A program made the translations under genes and the position numbers. The notes under the pieces are model-generated. The model had not been told where the DNA came from. It saw nothing but the letters and a program-made list of their open reading frames with translations, and ran no database searches. Of a stretch of DNA of 64,000 nt, positions 38,521 through 49,017 are shown one piece after another (within the stretch, counting starts at the first letter, position 1; every line of letters begins with the position of its first letter). The DNA comes from Candidatus Electryonea clarkiae (GTDB taxonomy: Bacteria > Electryoneota > Electryoneia > Electryoneales > Electryoneaceae), in the NCBI GenBank assembly GCA_030765455.1, contig JAVCCM010000166.1:55835-119834 (forward strand), written 5' to 3'.

Positions 38521-39462
38521 ATGGAGATGAATTCAGCATTTCTATTTCCCGGTCAGGCTTCACAATATGTCGGTATGGGAAAGGATCTTTATGAGTCATA
38601 CGATATTGCGAGATTCTATTTTGATCAAGCGGATCGTGATCTGCCATTTGATTTTCTGAAAATTTGTTTTGAAGGTCCGGAAGAGGATTTAAAGCAGACA
38701 AGAGTCACTCAACCGGCGATATTTGTACACTCAGTTATTGTCAATGAATTACTCAGGCAAAAAAAATTTCCAGCTAATGTGGTCGCAGGACATAGTATTG
38801 GGGAGTATTCAGCGCTTGTTTCCTCAGGCGCTCTGAAATTCACAGATGCGTTGGAGGTTGTCGCACTCCGTGGTGAACTTATGCAATATGCCGGCGAGGA
38901 ACGTCCAGGCGCGATGGCAGCAATAATTGGACTGGATTTACAACAAATTGAAGAAATTTGCAATAACATTAGCGATACAAGCCAGGTCGTTGTAGCTGCC
39001 AATCTTAATGCTCCCGGTCAGATTGTAATATCAGGAGATGTTCAGGCAGTTGAAAAGGCGATGGAGTTTACCGCAGAAGCCGGGGCTAAAAAGACAATCA
39101 GGTTAGTAGTATCGGGTGCATTTCACTCACCATTGATGGAACCGGCAGCAGAGAAATTAGGCAGGGAAATTGAACATTTAGTAATGCGTCAACCTGATGT
39201 GCCTATTTATATGAACGTTACCGGGAAGCCTGAAAACAGTCAAAATGAGATAAAAAAACTCTTGATGGAACAGTTAACACACCCCGTCCGCTGGGAAGAG
39301 ACGATATTGAATATGTCAAACAGCGGTATAGAAAGATTTGTTGAAGTTGGTCCGGGCAAAGTATTAAGAGGTTTAGTTAAGAGAATCGTAAAAGGTACAA
39401 CTCTCCTTGGAGTTGACAAAAAAGCAGATATTGAAAAAATGGATTTGCAGAATATTTCCTGA
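38521..39462 (+). CDS. fabD: malonyl-CoA:ACP transacylase
   Basis: FLFPGQASQYVGMG and GHSIGEYSAL motifs. Confidence 0.9.
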   Translation: MEMNSAFLFPGQASQYVGMGKDLYESYDIARFYFDQADRDLPFDFLKICFEGPEEDLKQTRVTQPAIFVHSVIVNELLRQKKFPANVVAGHSIGEYSALVSSGALKFTDALEVVALRGELMQYAGEERPGAMAAIIGLDLQQIEEICNNISDTSQVVVAANLNAPGQIVISGDVQAVEKAMEFTAEAGAKKTIRLVVSGAFHSPLMEPAAEKLGREIEHLVMRQPDVPIYMNVTGKPENSQNEIKKLLMEQLTHPVRWEETILNMSNSGIERFVEVGPGKVLRGLVKRIVKGTTLLGVDKKADIEKMDLQNIS

Positions 39463-39623
39463 GATTTGTCATCAATTCATAGAGTTAGATTAAATGATGC
39501 ATTTTCTGTCTGGACGACATAATAAAAAGTTTCGTAATTATATTATGTGACCTTGTATTTTTGGCGGAAAATGATATATTTAATAGTGGTCTTATTCAGT
39601 TTGAACAAAAGCCTGGTGGAATA

Positions 39624-40367
39624 ATGAATAATCTCGAAAATAAAGTAGCCTGGATCACCGGCAGTGGCAGAGGAATTGGCAAAGCGATAGCGCAGGAATT
39701 AGGATGCCGCGGCGCACGATTGGTCATTCATGATATAGACCGGGAGTCGGCTGAAAAGACCGCTGCATCATTTAATGAAAAAGGTTATCCCTCAATTGCC
39801 CTGGTTTCAGATGTTTCGGACAAAGCAGAGGCAATCGAGACGGTTGACAGGATAAAGAAAGAATTCGGTTCCCTTGATATCCTTGTTAATAATGCAGGTA
39901 TCACCAGGGATAATCTTCTGGTTAGAATGAAGGAAGATGATTGGGATCTGGTAATGCAGATCAACTTGAAAGGTACGTTCCTTTGCACCCAGGCATCAGC
40001 AAAACTGATGATGAAGCAGAGATCGGGCAGAATAATAAACATTGTTTCTGTTGTTGGGGTAATGGGTAATCCGGGGCAGTCCAATTATGCAGCATCTAAA
40101 GCCGGAATGATAGGATTTACCAAATCCTCAGCAAAAGAACTGTCGGCACGGGGGATCACTGTAAACGCCGTGGCGCCGGGATATATTGAGACTGAGATGA
40201 CAGCAGTATTACCTGAAAATGTGCGAAGTGCTTTTATTGAAGCCACACCTTTAAAACGTGGTGGTACGCCTGCCGACGTTGCCAAAGCTGTTGCATTTTT
40301 TGCTGGTCCTGAATCAGCATTTATTACCGGACAGGTACTTCATGTTGATGGCGGGATGGTGATGTAG
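39624..40367 (+). CDS. fabG: 3-oxoacyl-ACP reductase (SDR)
   Basis: TGSGRGIGKAIA and NNAG motifs, and the YAASKAG catalytic Tyr-Lys. The ATG at 39624 follows a GGTGGA RBS. The ORF track starts earlier. Confidence 0.9.
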   Translation: MNNLENKVAWITGSGRGIGKAIAQELGCRGARLVIHDIDRESAEKTAASFNEKGYPSIALVSDVSDKAEAIETVDRIKKEFGSLDILVNNAGITRDNLLVRMKEDDWDLVMQINLKGTFLCTQASAKLMMKQRSGRIINIVSVVGVMGNPGQSNYAASKAGMIGFTKSSAKELSARGITVNAVAPGYIETEMTAVLPENVRSAFIEATPLKRGGTPADVAKAVAFFAGPESAFITGQVLHVDGGMVM

Positions 40368-40474
40368 ATTCATCAGGGAATATTTTGTATATTTCCAGAC
40401 ATCATCAGAATGATGTTATAAAATTGATTTGAAAAAGAAAAAAATAGACCAAAAAATAAGGTGGAGGAAACTTC

Positions 40475-40720
40475 ATGACAAAGGAAGAAAGAGTTCAAAA
40501 GGTCAAAGAGATCATAGTTGAACAACTGGGAGTCGATCCCTCTGAAGTTACTTTAGAGGCTTCATTTATTGATGATTTAGGTGCTGACTCATTGGATACT
40601 GTTGAGCTGGTAATGGAATTTGAATCAGCTTTTGATATCGAAATTCCCGATGAAGATGCTGATCAATTGGCAACAGTAGGTTCTGCAATCGAGTATCTTG
40701 AGAAGAAACTTGCCGAATGA
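40475..40720 (+). CDS. acpP: acyl carrier protein
   Basis: [14 protein letters not shown] phosphopantetheine-attachment site. Confidence 0.9.
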   Translation: MTKEERVQKVKEIIVEQLGVDPSEVTLEASFIDDLGADSLDTVELVMEFESAFDIEIPDEDADQLATVGSAIEYLEKKLAE

Positions 40721-40747
40721 TCTTATCTCTGGTATGGGGAGGTAAGA

Positions 40748-41992
40748 ATGGCTGACCGTATTGTTATTACAGGTATGGGGATAGTTACGCCGCTGGGTAT
40801 TGGCGTGGAACAGAGTTGGAATGATCTCGTTGCCGGCAAAAGCGGGGCAGCTCCTATTACTCGTTTTGATGCATCCGGGTTTAAAACCACTTTTGGTTGT
40901 GAAGTAAAAGGGTTTGATCCTCTGGATTATATGGATCGCAAAGAAGCAAAACGGATGGATCTGTTCTGTCAGTTTGCTATTGCTGCATCTGAAGAAGCGA
41001 TTGTTTCATCCGGATTGGATCTGGATAATGACATTGATCGAGATCGTATTGGAGTGTTGATCGGCTCAGGGATAGGTGGAATGACTACTTATGAGTCTCA
41101 AATCATTCGCCTGAGCCAGTTAGGTCCCAGAAAAGTCAGTCCTTTCTTTATTCCTATGATGATAGGCGATATTGCCTCGGGGCAAGTCAGTATTAAGTGG
41201 AATTTTTCAGGACCAAATTATGCAGTACAGTCAGCCTGTGCCACTGCCAGTCATGCAATAGGGTTAGCTTATATGCACCTGCAGGCTGGTGATGCAGATG
41301 TTATGCTCTGCGGTGGATCGGAAGCACCTATAAATGCTACCGGTGTTGCAGGTTTTAACTCAATGCATGCTATATCCACGCGCAATGCCGAGCCGGAAAA
41401 AGCTTCACGCCCATTTGACATTGATCGGGATGGATTTGTTATTGGTGAAGGTGCCGGTATTTTCATTCTCGAAACAGAAGAACATGCTTTGAAGCGTGGA
41501 GCAAAAATTCTGGGGGAATTGGCAGGATATGGATTTTCAGGAGATGCATATCATTTGACAGCACCCGCTCCCGGTGGAACGGGAGCTGTCAAATCGATGC
41601 AAGCAGCAATGAAAAAAGCGGGATGCAAACCTGAAGATATTGACTATATCAATGCTCATGGCACTTCAACACCACACAACGATCAGACAGAAACTGCTGC
41701 GATTAAAACAGCGTTTGGTGATCATGCCTACAATCTTGCAGTAAGCTCTACCAAATCAATGACCGGTCATCTTTTAGGCGCTGCCGGGGCGGTAGAAATG
41801 TTTGTTTCGTTAATGGCAGTCAGGACAGGAATAATACCTCCTACGATAAATCTTGATAATCCGGATCCGGAATGTGACCTGTTTTATGTTCCGAATAAGT
41901 CTGTGAAAAGAGATGTTGAAACATCATTGTCAAATACTTTCGGTTTCGGTGGACATAACGCATCTATAATCGTACGACGCTGGGATAACTGA
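40748..41992 (+). CDS. fabF: 3-oxoacyl-ACP synthase II
   Basis: 414 aa with active-site Cys context SACATASHAIG, His motifs and the final ...GFGGHNASII. Confidence 0.9.
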   Translation: MADRIVITGMGIVTPLGIGVEQSWNDLVAGKSGAAPITRFDASGFKTTFGCEVKGFDPLDYMDRKEAKRMDLFCQFAIAASEEAIVSSGLDLDNDIDRDRIGVLIGSGIGGMTTYESQIIRLSQLGPRKVSPFFIPMMIGDIASGQVSIKWNFSGPNYAVQSACATASHAIGLAYMHLQAGDADVMLCGGSEAPINATGVAGFNSMHAISTRNAEPEKASRPFDIDRDGFVIGEGAGIFILETEEHALKRGAKILGELAGYGFSGDAYHLTAPAPGGTGAVKSMQAAMKKAGCKPEDIDYINAHGTSTPHNDQTETAAIKTAFGDHAYNLAVSSTKSMTGHLLGAAGAVEMFVSLMAVRTGIIPPTINLDNPDPECDLFYVPNKSVKRDVETSLSNTFGFGGHNASIIVRRWDN

Positions 41993-42009
41993 CTCTTGAG
42001 GGTGAATCC

Positions 42010-42774
42010 GTGAAGGTAGTTCGGTTCTTATTATCGTGGATAAAACCTCGCTATAAATTTCAATCAAGACCGGGAGCAGCGAAGAATATCGATCAATGTG
42101 AAAAGTTGATTGAATATAGATTTAATAATCCGGTTTTACTTGCCCATGCATTACGGCATCGCAGCATAATCGTAGAAACAGGCGATACACGGAAATCCGC
42201 CAACGAGAGACTTGAATTTCTTGGCGATGCGGTGCTTGATCTTATCGTTAGTGAGCAACTGTATAAACAGTATCCTGATGCAAGGGAAGGGTTTTTAGCT
42301 CGCTTGAAAAGCCTTGCCGTGAGTGGTCGCCAGCTTTCTTCAAAGGCAAAGTTGATCAATCTTGGTGATTATATGCAGATTTCACCAAGCGAGGTCCGAA
42401 ATGGCGGTCGAACAAGACGAAGCATACTGGAAGACGGTCTCGAGGCAGTCATCGGTGCAGTTTATCTCGATGGCGGTTTAAAGGAAGCAGAGAATTTCGT
42501 TCATCGTTTTGTAGCTTATGATTTGAATAGACGTTTGATCAGGGAAAAAGAAGAAAACTACAAAAGTCTTCTCCTGGAGTATTCCCAGGGCAAAGCTATG
42601 GGAGCGCCGTTGTACCGGGTAACCAACGAAGAAGGACCTGATCACGCGAAAATATTTCATGTCGATGTGCATGTCGCCAAGAAAAATGTAGGTTCAGGGT
42701 CCGGGCGAAGTAAAAAGGAAGCGGAACAGGAAGCAGCCAAAGCAGCATCTGCTTTTTTTGGACTTCAAACGTAA
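42010..42774 (+). CDS. rnc: ribonuclease III
   Basis: ERLEFLGDAVL signature and a C-terminal dsRBD (...GSGSGRSKKEAEQEAA). GTG start. Confidence 0.85.
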   Translation: MKVVRFLLSWIKPRYKFQSRPGAAKNIDQCEKLIEYRFNNPVLLAHALRHRSIIVETGDTRKSANERLEFLGDAVLDLIVSEQLYKQYPDAREGFLARLKSLAVSGRQLSSKAKLINLGDYMQISPSEVRNGGRTRRSILEDGLEAVIGAVYLDGGLKEAENFVHRFVAYDLNRRLIREKEENYKSLLLEYSQGKAMGAPLYRVTNEEGPDHAKIFHVDVHVAKKNVGSGSGRSKKEAEQEAAKAASAFFGLQT

Positions 42775-42792
42775 CCGAAATAAGAGGATAAT

Positions 42793-43950
42793 ATGGATTA
42801 TTTATTTGATGATTTTCAGAAAGAGTTAATTAAACAGGCAAATCGTATCGGCAGAGAAAAGGTTAAACCTCTTGCGGCTGAGTATGATCGAGAAGGAACT
42901 TTCCCGAAGAAACTGATAAAAGTGTTCGCTGAGGCTGGATTCTATACTATTTACATTCCAGAGGAATATGGTGGGATTGGTCGAGGTATATTAGACCTCG
43001 TATTGGTTACCGAAGAGATTTCACGTTTTTGCGGTGGGATTTCGTTAGCGGTCGCTGCAACCGCGCTGGGTACTTTCCCGATTATAATTGGAGGAAATGA
43101 AGAACAGAAGAAGAAATACCTTCCTGAGTTGGCTGCAGGTGAAAGTATTGCAGCGTTTGGACTTACAGAACCGGCTGCCGGCAGTGACGCCGGGAAAATT
43201 CAGACAAGAGCTGTGAAAAAAGGTGATAAATACATCCTTAATGGTACCAAAGTATTCATTACTAATGGTGGTAACGCGAGAATCAATACGATCATAGCAA
43301 GTACTGATCCTGAGAGAGGAACACGCGGAGCTACAGCCTTTATCGTCGAAGAAGGCATGCCGGGTTTCAGATATGGAAAAATGGAAGATAAAATGGGAAT
43401 CCGCGCCTCATCTACTGCTGAATTAATCTTCGAGGATTGCGAAGTCCCAGTGGCGAACAGGATCGGCGAAGAGGGCCAGGGATTCATGGTTGCCATGAAA
43501 ACACTTGACAAGAGTCGTCCGGGTGTTGCAGCCCAGGCATTAGGAATTGCCCAGGGCGCTTTCGATCTTGCATGTGAATATGCAAAAACACGTGAGCAAT
43601 TTGGTCAGAGCATAATAAAATTCCAGGCTATTCAGTTCATGTTAGCTGATATGGCAACTCAGATTGAAGCTTCTCGAGCAATGCTGTACGCTACTTCGAG
43701 AATGATTGATAACGGTATTGACGATGTTGCCAAAGAATCATCCATGTGTAAGATTATGGCTTCGGATACTGCAATGCAGGTTACTACCGATGCAGTTCAA
43801 ATATTTGGCGGATACGGTTACATGCGTGATTATCCTGTAGAAAAAATGATGCGTGATGCAAAGATCACTCAGATCTATGAGGGAACTAACCAGATTCTTA
43901 GAATGGTTATTGCACGTCAACTTATTAAAGATATCACACGTCACACTTGA
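42793..43950 (+). CDS. acyl-CoA dehydrogenase (short/medium-chain type)
   Basis: 385 aa with ...GLTEPAAGSDAG... and ...QIFGGYGYMRDYPVEKMMRDAKITQIYEGTNQI. Confidence 0.85.
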   Translation: MDYLFDDFQKELIKQANRIGREKVKPLAAEYDREGTFPKKLIKVFAEAGFYTIYIPEEYGGIGRGILDLVLVTEEISRFCGGISLAVAATALGTFPIIIGGNEEQKKKYLPELAAGESIAAFGLTEPAAGSDAGKIQTRAVKKGDKYILNGTKVFITNGGNARINTIIASTDPERGTRGATAFIVEEGMPGFRYGKMEDKMGIRASSTAELIFEDCEVPVANRIGEEGQGFMVAMKTLDKSRPGVAAQALGIAQGAFDLACEYAKTREQFGQSIIKFQAIQFMLADMATQIEASRAMLYATSRMIDNGIDDVAKESSMCKIMASDTAMQVTTDAVQIFGGYGYMRDYPVEKMMRDAKITQIYEGTNQILRMVIARQLIKDITRHT

Positions 43951-44117
43951 TGCAAAAAAGAAACAGGTTTCTTTGCGGAATCAATTGCGGTTCCGCTTTT
44001 TTATGCCTAAAATTAAACCATCAATTTTATTAAGATAAAGTTAAACAGCTATATGGCTCTTTCATGAGTCTTTGAGACAAAAGTAGCATACTCTTTGCAT
44101 AGAAATGTGTCACGTTA

Positions 44118-45107
44118 ATGGACGATAAACTGAAAATTGGAATTGTTGGTGCCACAGGTCTTGTGGGTCAGACAGCCATTGAAGTACTGAACGAACGCAG
44201 TCCGGAAAATTGCGAGTTCAGTGCATACGCTACTGAGCGTATTAAGGGACGGATGATTGCGATTAATGAGTCAGTGATTCATGTAGAAACATATCCGTCC
44301 AAGCCGCCTGACCTGGATTATGCGCTTTTCTGCGCTCCAAATGAAGTAGCAAAAACATTGGTTCCGGAGTGGCGTAATGCTGGAATCAGAATAATTGATA
44401 ACAGCTCGGTATTCAGGCTTGATGCTGCTGTTCCTCTCGTGGTGCCGGAAGTGAATTCAAGCGATATTTCCGATGCGAGTGGATTAATCGCAAATCCAAA
44501 TTGTTCCACTATCCAACTCGCTGTTGTGCTTGAACCGTTACATAAAGCATTTGGAATTAAAAGAGTGAGCGTAGCGACTTATCAGTCTGTTTCCGGCGCT
44601 GGAGCAGAGGCTGTAGAGCAATGGGAGAATGAGATTGCCGGGGAAACAGTAAGTAAAAGTCCTTTTCCTCGTCCAATCCATGCGAATGTCATACCTCAGA
44701 TTGGTGAGTTCAACGAGAGTGGTTTTACGTCTGAGGAAGCAAAACTGATGAAGGAATTAAAAAAAATATTACACCTTGACAATATTCCAATATCCGCCAC
44801 AGCAGTTCGTGTACCGGTCCGTACAGGTCATTCCGAGGCGGTTGAAGTTTCGCTCAATGGCAAACCTGATTTGAAAGAAGTTTCAAGATGTTTTACCAAC
44901 AAAGAGGGATTGGTTGTTTCCGCTCCAGGAGAGTATCATACACCGCTTGAAATTGCCGGGAGCAATGAAGTTTTTATCAGTAGAATAAGGGAACACCCTG
45001 ATGAGAAAGGAACATTTCTTTTCTGGGTTGTTGCTGACAACCTGCGAAAAGGCGCTGCGACAAATGCAGTTCAGATAATGGAAAAATGGATTGTGTCAGG
45101 TGAATAA
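44118..45107 (+). CDS. asd: aspartate-semialdehyde dehydrogenase
   Basis: IGIVGATGLVGQ NAD-binding motif, active-site NPNCSTI and 329 aa. Confidence 0.85.
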   Translation: MDDKLKIGIVGATGLVGQTAIEVLNERSPENCEFSAYATERIKGRMIAINESVIHVETYPSKPPDLDYALFCAPNEVAKTLVPEWRNAGIRIIDNSSVFRLDAAVPLVVPEVNSSDISDASGLIANPNCSTIQLAVVLEPLHKAFGIKRVSVATYQSVSGAGAEAVEQWENEIAGETVSKSPFPRPIHANVIPQIGEFNESGFTSEEAKLMKELKKILHLDNIPISATAVRVPVRTGHSEAVEVSLNGKPDLKEVSRCFTNKEGLVVSAPGEYHTPLEIAGSNEVFISRIREHPDEKGTFLFWVVADNLRKGAATNAVQIMEKWIVSGE

Positions 45108-45172
45108 CCATCATCATTTTCGTGATCTTAATAGCTGAGTGATGTCAGTTTGAATTCTGAACTTTTGATCTT

Positions 45173-45203
45173 TTCTTTGCACCTTTGCGTCTTTGCGTGA
45201 AAA
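45173..45203 (+). repeat. CTTTGCG direct-repeat motif copy C (ttctttgca-cctttgcg-tctttgcg-TGAAAA)
   Basis: Read directly. 57-87 nt upstream of the start at 45260, downstream of asd. Confidence 0.6.
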
Positions 45204-45259
45204 CTTGTTGTAACATAGATGATTTAATAATTATTTAGCCAATTAAGGGGAGAAATTCC

Positions 45260-46768
45260 ATGAAACGCTGTTTATTGATATTACTTAGCCTGTCACTTCT
45301 TTCGACCGCATTGTTCGCTCAAGGTGACCTTGAAAGATCGAAGAAAAAAACACTATTTGTATTTCCTGTTCAGTTTGGTAAAAATGCGCAGGGTGTGACT
45401 GTTGAAAGACAAGAGTGGGTACAACGACAGTTCTACGAAACATTTGTCTCAAGTTTTGAACGTTTCGATTTCATCGCTATGCCTGCCGATGCCAGTCTGA
45501 ACCCATTCCTCGATAATGCCAAGACCTACATGGAAGAACATGCGCGTGAGCTGGTTCAAAAGCGTAAAGGGAAGGATGGCAGAATTGGAGAAGCTCGAGT
45601 CACATTGGAAGACCTGATAATCGCTGTGGATGATGGTTATGCTTTTGTGCCTGAATTTGACAAAATAAAGAAGAAAAAAATCAAAAAAGATGATGGCAGT
45701 AAGAGGATAGAATGGGAAATATTTGGTCACATTGATATATATCGCACTTCTGATAAGGTGAATGTGGGTAAAGTTAACGGCAGTACTGAAGGGGTGGGTG
45801 CTCTCCTTGGTGGTCTTCGAGGCATGATTGATGAAATGGGTGTCCCGAGTGGAGTTAAGGATGCTGAGAAACTATTCAGGAGTAATGTCAATGGTGTATA
45901 TGATGAGATGAAAACCAAGATCAGGAAAATGGAAGAATTCAGTCTCAAAGCAGTTGTAACCTCAAGCAATTTTAATTCATTCAAGTTTGATCTTGGGAGT
46001 GATTTCGGCGTCAGGATCGACAGGCGATACATGGTCTGGCAGATGAATGAAGCCGGAAAACGAACCGATATGCTTGCATTCGGAAAAGTGCGTAAGATCG
46101 AGCAAAGCGAAAGTCGAGCTCAAATCCTGATAGGCAACGCCCAACGTGGCTCTCAAGTGGTTGAAGCGGCTAAATTCGGAGTGAATATCTCGCCCACTAT
46201 CGGAATAATTCCCTTTGAAACGAAGGGATTCGATCAACTCGGTGACCCATTAATTTTTGATTTCAGTGACTCAGAATTTATCTATGATTTGCCTGATGAC
46301 GCAAAGGGATACCGTGCATCAATTGGCGTTAATATCGAATATGATGCCGGATGGCTGCTTTCCACTCCTGAAGTATATGTCACCGTTGATGGTGGATGGA
46401 TTCCGGTAGGTGGTCTAAATGTTTATAATGCAATGGCGGGGATTCAGAAGAAAGTGTACTTCAGACGCCTGGCGGTTTTTGGAACCGTTAAGTATGGAAT
46501 TTTTGGAATAAGTTTTGTCGATACTGATTTCTTCGATGATCCAAACGTGGAAGAAACTGACGACGCGCAAGTATTTGGACTGGGAGCTGATCTTGGTGGT
46601 GAATTATTGCTGACTCCCACGGTTGCATTGCAGGGAAGAATTGGATGGATAGGATTCCCCGAACAGACTGTAATGACAGTATTCAGCTTCAGCGACTTTG
46701 AATTTTATACTCCAAGTGTCAGGGCTGTTGGTTTGACATATAAATTGACTCTTGCGATAACAATTTAA
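45260..46768 (+). CDS. hypothetical secreted protein (502 aa) with a beta-strand-rich C-terminal half
   Basis: Signal peptide ...STALFA|QGD. No recognisable catalytic motif. Confidence 0.5.
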   Translation: MKRCLLILLSLSLLSTALFAQGDLERSKKKTLFVFPVQFGKNAQGVTVERQEWVQRQFYETFVSSFERFDFIAMPADASLNPFLDNAKTYMEEHARELVQKRKGKDGRIGEARVTLEDLIIAVDDGYAFVPEFDKIKKKKIKKDDGSKRIEWEIFGHIDIYRTSDKVNVGKVNGSTEGVGALLGGLRGMIDEMGVPSGVKDAEKLFRSNVNGVYDEMKTKIRKMEEFSLKAVVTSSNFNSFKFDLGSDFGVRIDRRYMVWQMNEAGKRTDMLAFGKVRKIEQSESRAQILIGNAQRGSQVVEAAKFGVNISPTIGIIPFETKGFDQLGDPLIFDFSDSEFIYDLPDDAKGYRASIGVNIEYDAGWLLSTPEVYVTVDGGWIPVGGLNVYNAMAGIQKKVYFRRLAVFGTVKYGIFGISFVDTDFFDDPNVEETDDAQVFGLGADLGGELLLTPTVALQGRIGWIGFPEQTVMTVFSFSDFEFYTPSVRAVGLTYKLTLAITI

Positions 46769-46879
46769 AAAATGTAGGGAAATTCAAATTCATATATATT
46801 GCTATATATAGAAGATAGAGCAATAATAATCAATTCCCTGGATTCAAGAATCCAGGCTACAAATTGAAAGGAGGCGGTA

Positions 46880-47140
46880 ATGATCCGTATTAGTGCAAGT
46901 AATTTCCTTAAAAAATTTGCTGAGACTCTAAATCGAGTCGTTTTTGGAAATGAACGAGTCGTTCTGCACAGGCACAATCAAGACGTTGCTGTACTTCTTT
47001 CTTATGAAGATTTTAAGAGCCTGGAAGAAATAGAAGAAATGATTGATTTCAGGGATGCGAAAAAAGCTTTGGCAGAAGCTAAAGAAAAAGGAACAATCTC
47101 CCACGAACAACTCCTGGTCGAGCTTGGTTTGGGTAATTAG
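46880..47140 (+). CDS. Phd/YefM-family type II antitoxin-like protein
   Basis: Perfect RBS AAGGAGG. ...VVLHRHNQDVAVLLSYEDFKSLEE... resembles the Phd/YefM fold signature. No canonical toxin is adjacent. Confidence 0.5.
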   Translation: MIRISASNFLKKFAETLNRVVFGNERVVLHRHNQDVAVLLSYEDFKSLEEIEEMIDFRDAKKALAEAKEKGTISHEQLLVELGLGN

Positions 47141-47216
47141 AGCTGTAAAAATGGTTGTTCAGATACCACTACTCGTTATATGAAGGAAATACAATCAGGC
47201 AGAGGAGGGAAACAAA

Positions 47217-47882
47217 TTGAAAGAGCTGATAAAAGCAATAATCCTGCCGGTGGTGCTCGGTGTACTCGGGATGTATTTTACTCATACCTACAATGCAGCT
47301 AAGCTGAAGGCGGACTATGCTAAAACTATTCATGATTACCTACCCGAAATCCAATCTGATGATCTAATGGTATCCCAGGCAGCACTGGAAATATTACGTC
47401 CAATCCTGACACCTGAACAAGAAAAGGCCATTAGCCGGGTTATAAAGGGAAGACAGAAAACAGTCATTGACCAGGCTGATCTGAAAGCTGACATCACAAT
47501 AGCCCAGATTCAAAACATTTCAAAAATCAATCCTGAGGATGGCGCTGAACTCAAGAGCTATGCAGTTGCAAGTGAACTGCATAAGGAAGGTTTGGAGTTT
47601 ATCGTAGAAGGGAATTATAAGAAAGCTGCCGAGAAATTAGAAGCGAGTTCATCAGCTCATCCCGATTTTGACAAATCAGCTAAATTTGCAAAATTGATCG
47701 AAGACAGCCTGGTAAATCGACCCGATTTCATAGAACGTGAAGCCGAAGTTCTGGATGCAATAGTTTCAAACAGCAAGGATCTTCCATTTATTGGAAAACA
47801 GAAGATCAATGAGCGGTCAATGGCAATACAAGAAAAACGTGATGTAAAAGATTTCAAACCGAAACCTAAAAAAATGGAATAA
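47217..47882 (+). CDS. hypothetical membrane-anchored protein (221 aa, TTG start, one N-terminal TM helix, Lys/Glu-rich helical remainder)
   Basis: GAGGAGGG RBS 8 nt before the TTG. Hydrophobic IILPVVLGVLGMYF segment. Confidence 0.4.
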   Translation: MKELIKAIILPVVLGVLGMYFTHTYNAAKLKADYAKTIHDYLPEIQSDDLMVSQAALEILRPILTPEQEKAISRVIKGRQKTVIDQADLKADITIAQIQNISKINPEDGAELKSYAVASELHKEGLEFIVEGNYKKAAEKLEASSSAHPDFDKSAKFAKLIEDSLVNRPDFIEREAEVLDAIVSNSKDLPFIGKQKINERSMAIQEKRDVKDFKPKPKKME

Positions 47883-47931
47883 GATGCTTTCATTTCCAAT
47901 CATAAATTGATAATTTCATTATTAAGCGAAA

Positions 47932-48723
47932 ATGCATGGAAGTCAGTTAATGTCATTTAGAATATCGACCCTTTCACCTTCTTCAATTCTTTACCTTTTT
48001 TTACTCATGATACTATTTACATCATGTTCTCATACAGTGTCGAGTAACGCTGTCCTCCACACAAGCACGTTTCAAACTGCTGAAACTTTGAACGAAGGCA
48101 AGTTTGCTTTTCAGGGAGGTTATGCTTCTGAATTGAATTATCTTGCTAAAACTGAGCTTGATTACGGAGCTGTTGATACTTTCATAATCTCTTCAGAATT
48201 TCCCACTCAATCATACATATTTAGTGGAGCAATTCAATATGGCTTCACTGAGAGATTAGATTTCATGGTAGATGTATTCACAAGTTTCACTGAAAATCAA
48301 CGAGCACCTGGAGTAAAACTCCTTATGAAATATCAATTAAGTACTGACGATTCTCGGGTTACATATGCTGCCATGCCTGTTATAGGTTTATCAATCGGGT
48401 CATGGGAAAGAGCAGAATATATTGATGATGATTGGGTTGAAATCGAATCTGACCTCTCTGATATTGAATTTCATATGCTAATGAGCTACCGTCATTCTTA
48501 TGATGCTATTGTGACTATTGGGTCTTGGGCAACAATGTTAAAACATAATACATATAGCTCAGGCAAAATGTCTTCTATTTCCTGGAACGAAAATATTAAG
48601 GATCTGCATGTGTTTCCCGGAATATCTTTAGGATTGCATTATGAAAGAACAATGTATGAGATTAATATCGCCAGGATTGACAACAATTTGTACACAACCT
48701 TTGGTTTGGCTGCTCGTTTCTAA
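47932..48723 (+). CDS. hypothetical outer-membrane beta-barrel-like protein
   Basis: Lipoprotein-like signal LFLLMILFTSC and terminal ...GLAARF (C-terminal Phe). The start may instead be the ATG at 47950. Confidence 0.45.
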   Translation: MHGSQLMSFRISTLSPSSILYLFLLMILFTSCSHTVSSNAVLHTSTFQTAETLNEGKFAFQGGYASELNYLAKTELDYGAVDTFIISSEFPTQSYIFSGAIQYGFTERLDFMVDVFTSFTENQRAPGVKLLMKYQLSTDDSRVTYAAMPVIGLSIGSWERAEYIDDDWVEIESDLSDIEFHMLMSYRHSYDAIVTIGSWATMLKHNTYSSGKMSSISWNENIKDLHVFPGISLGLHYERTMYEINIARIDNNLYTTFGLAARF

Positions 48724-48970
48724 AGGAAATCGAAGAATGATGCCCGGACATTGTTAAATGCTAATATTCACTCATTTGAAATTACTACTATCAGAATGAG
48801 TGCAGCGGAATACTATGCAAACGAATATCGGGTATAAAACCATATTTATCGTAAACCAGGTTTGCTGTTTTCTTCATCTCCAATCCTCAAAAAAAGTAGG
48901 TAAGAATTCTCCTTCAATTCAGCAATATATCATTCTGCACCGGTTAAATCCTCCTCTGAAGTAAGGTAAA

Positions 48971-49002
48971 AAAAATGCCCGGATTGCGATCCGGGCATTT
49001 TT
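48971..49002. terminator. bidirectional terminator hairpin aaaaatgcccgg-N8-ccgggcattttt between convergent genes
   Basis: 12-bp stem flanked by an A-run and a T-run. Lies between the stop of 47932-48723 (+) and the stop of 49018-51696 (-). Confidence 0.6.
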
Positions 49003-49017
49003 GAAGATAATTTTTTG

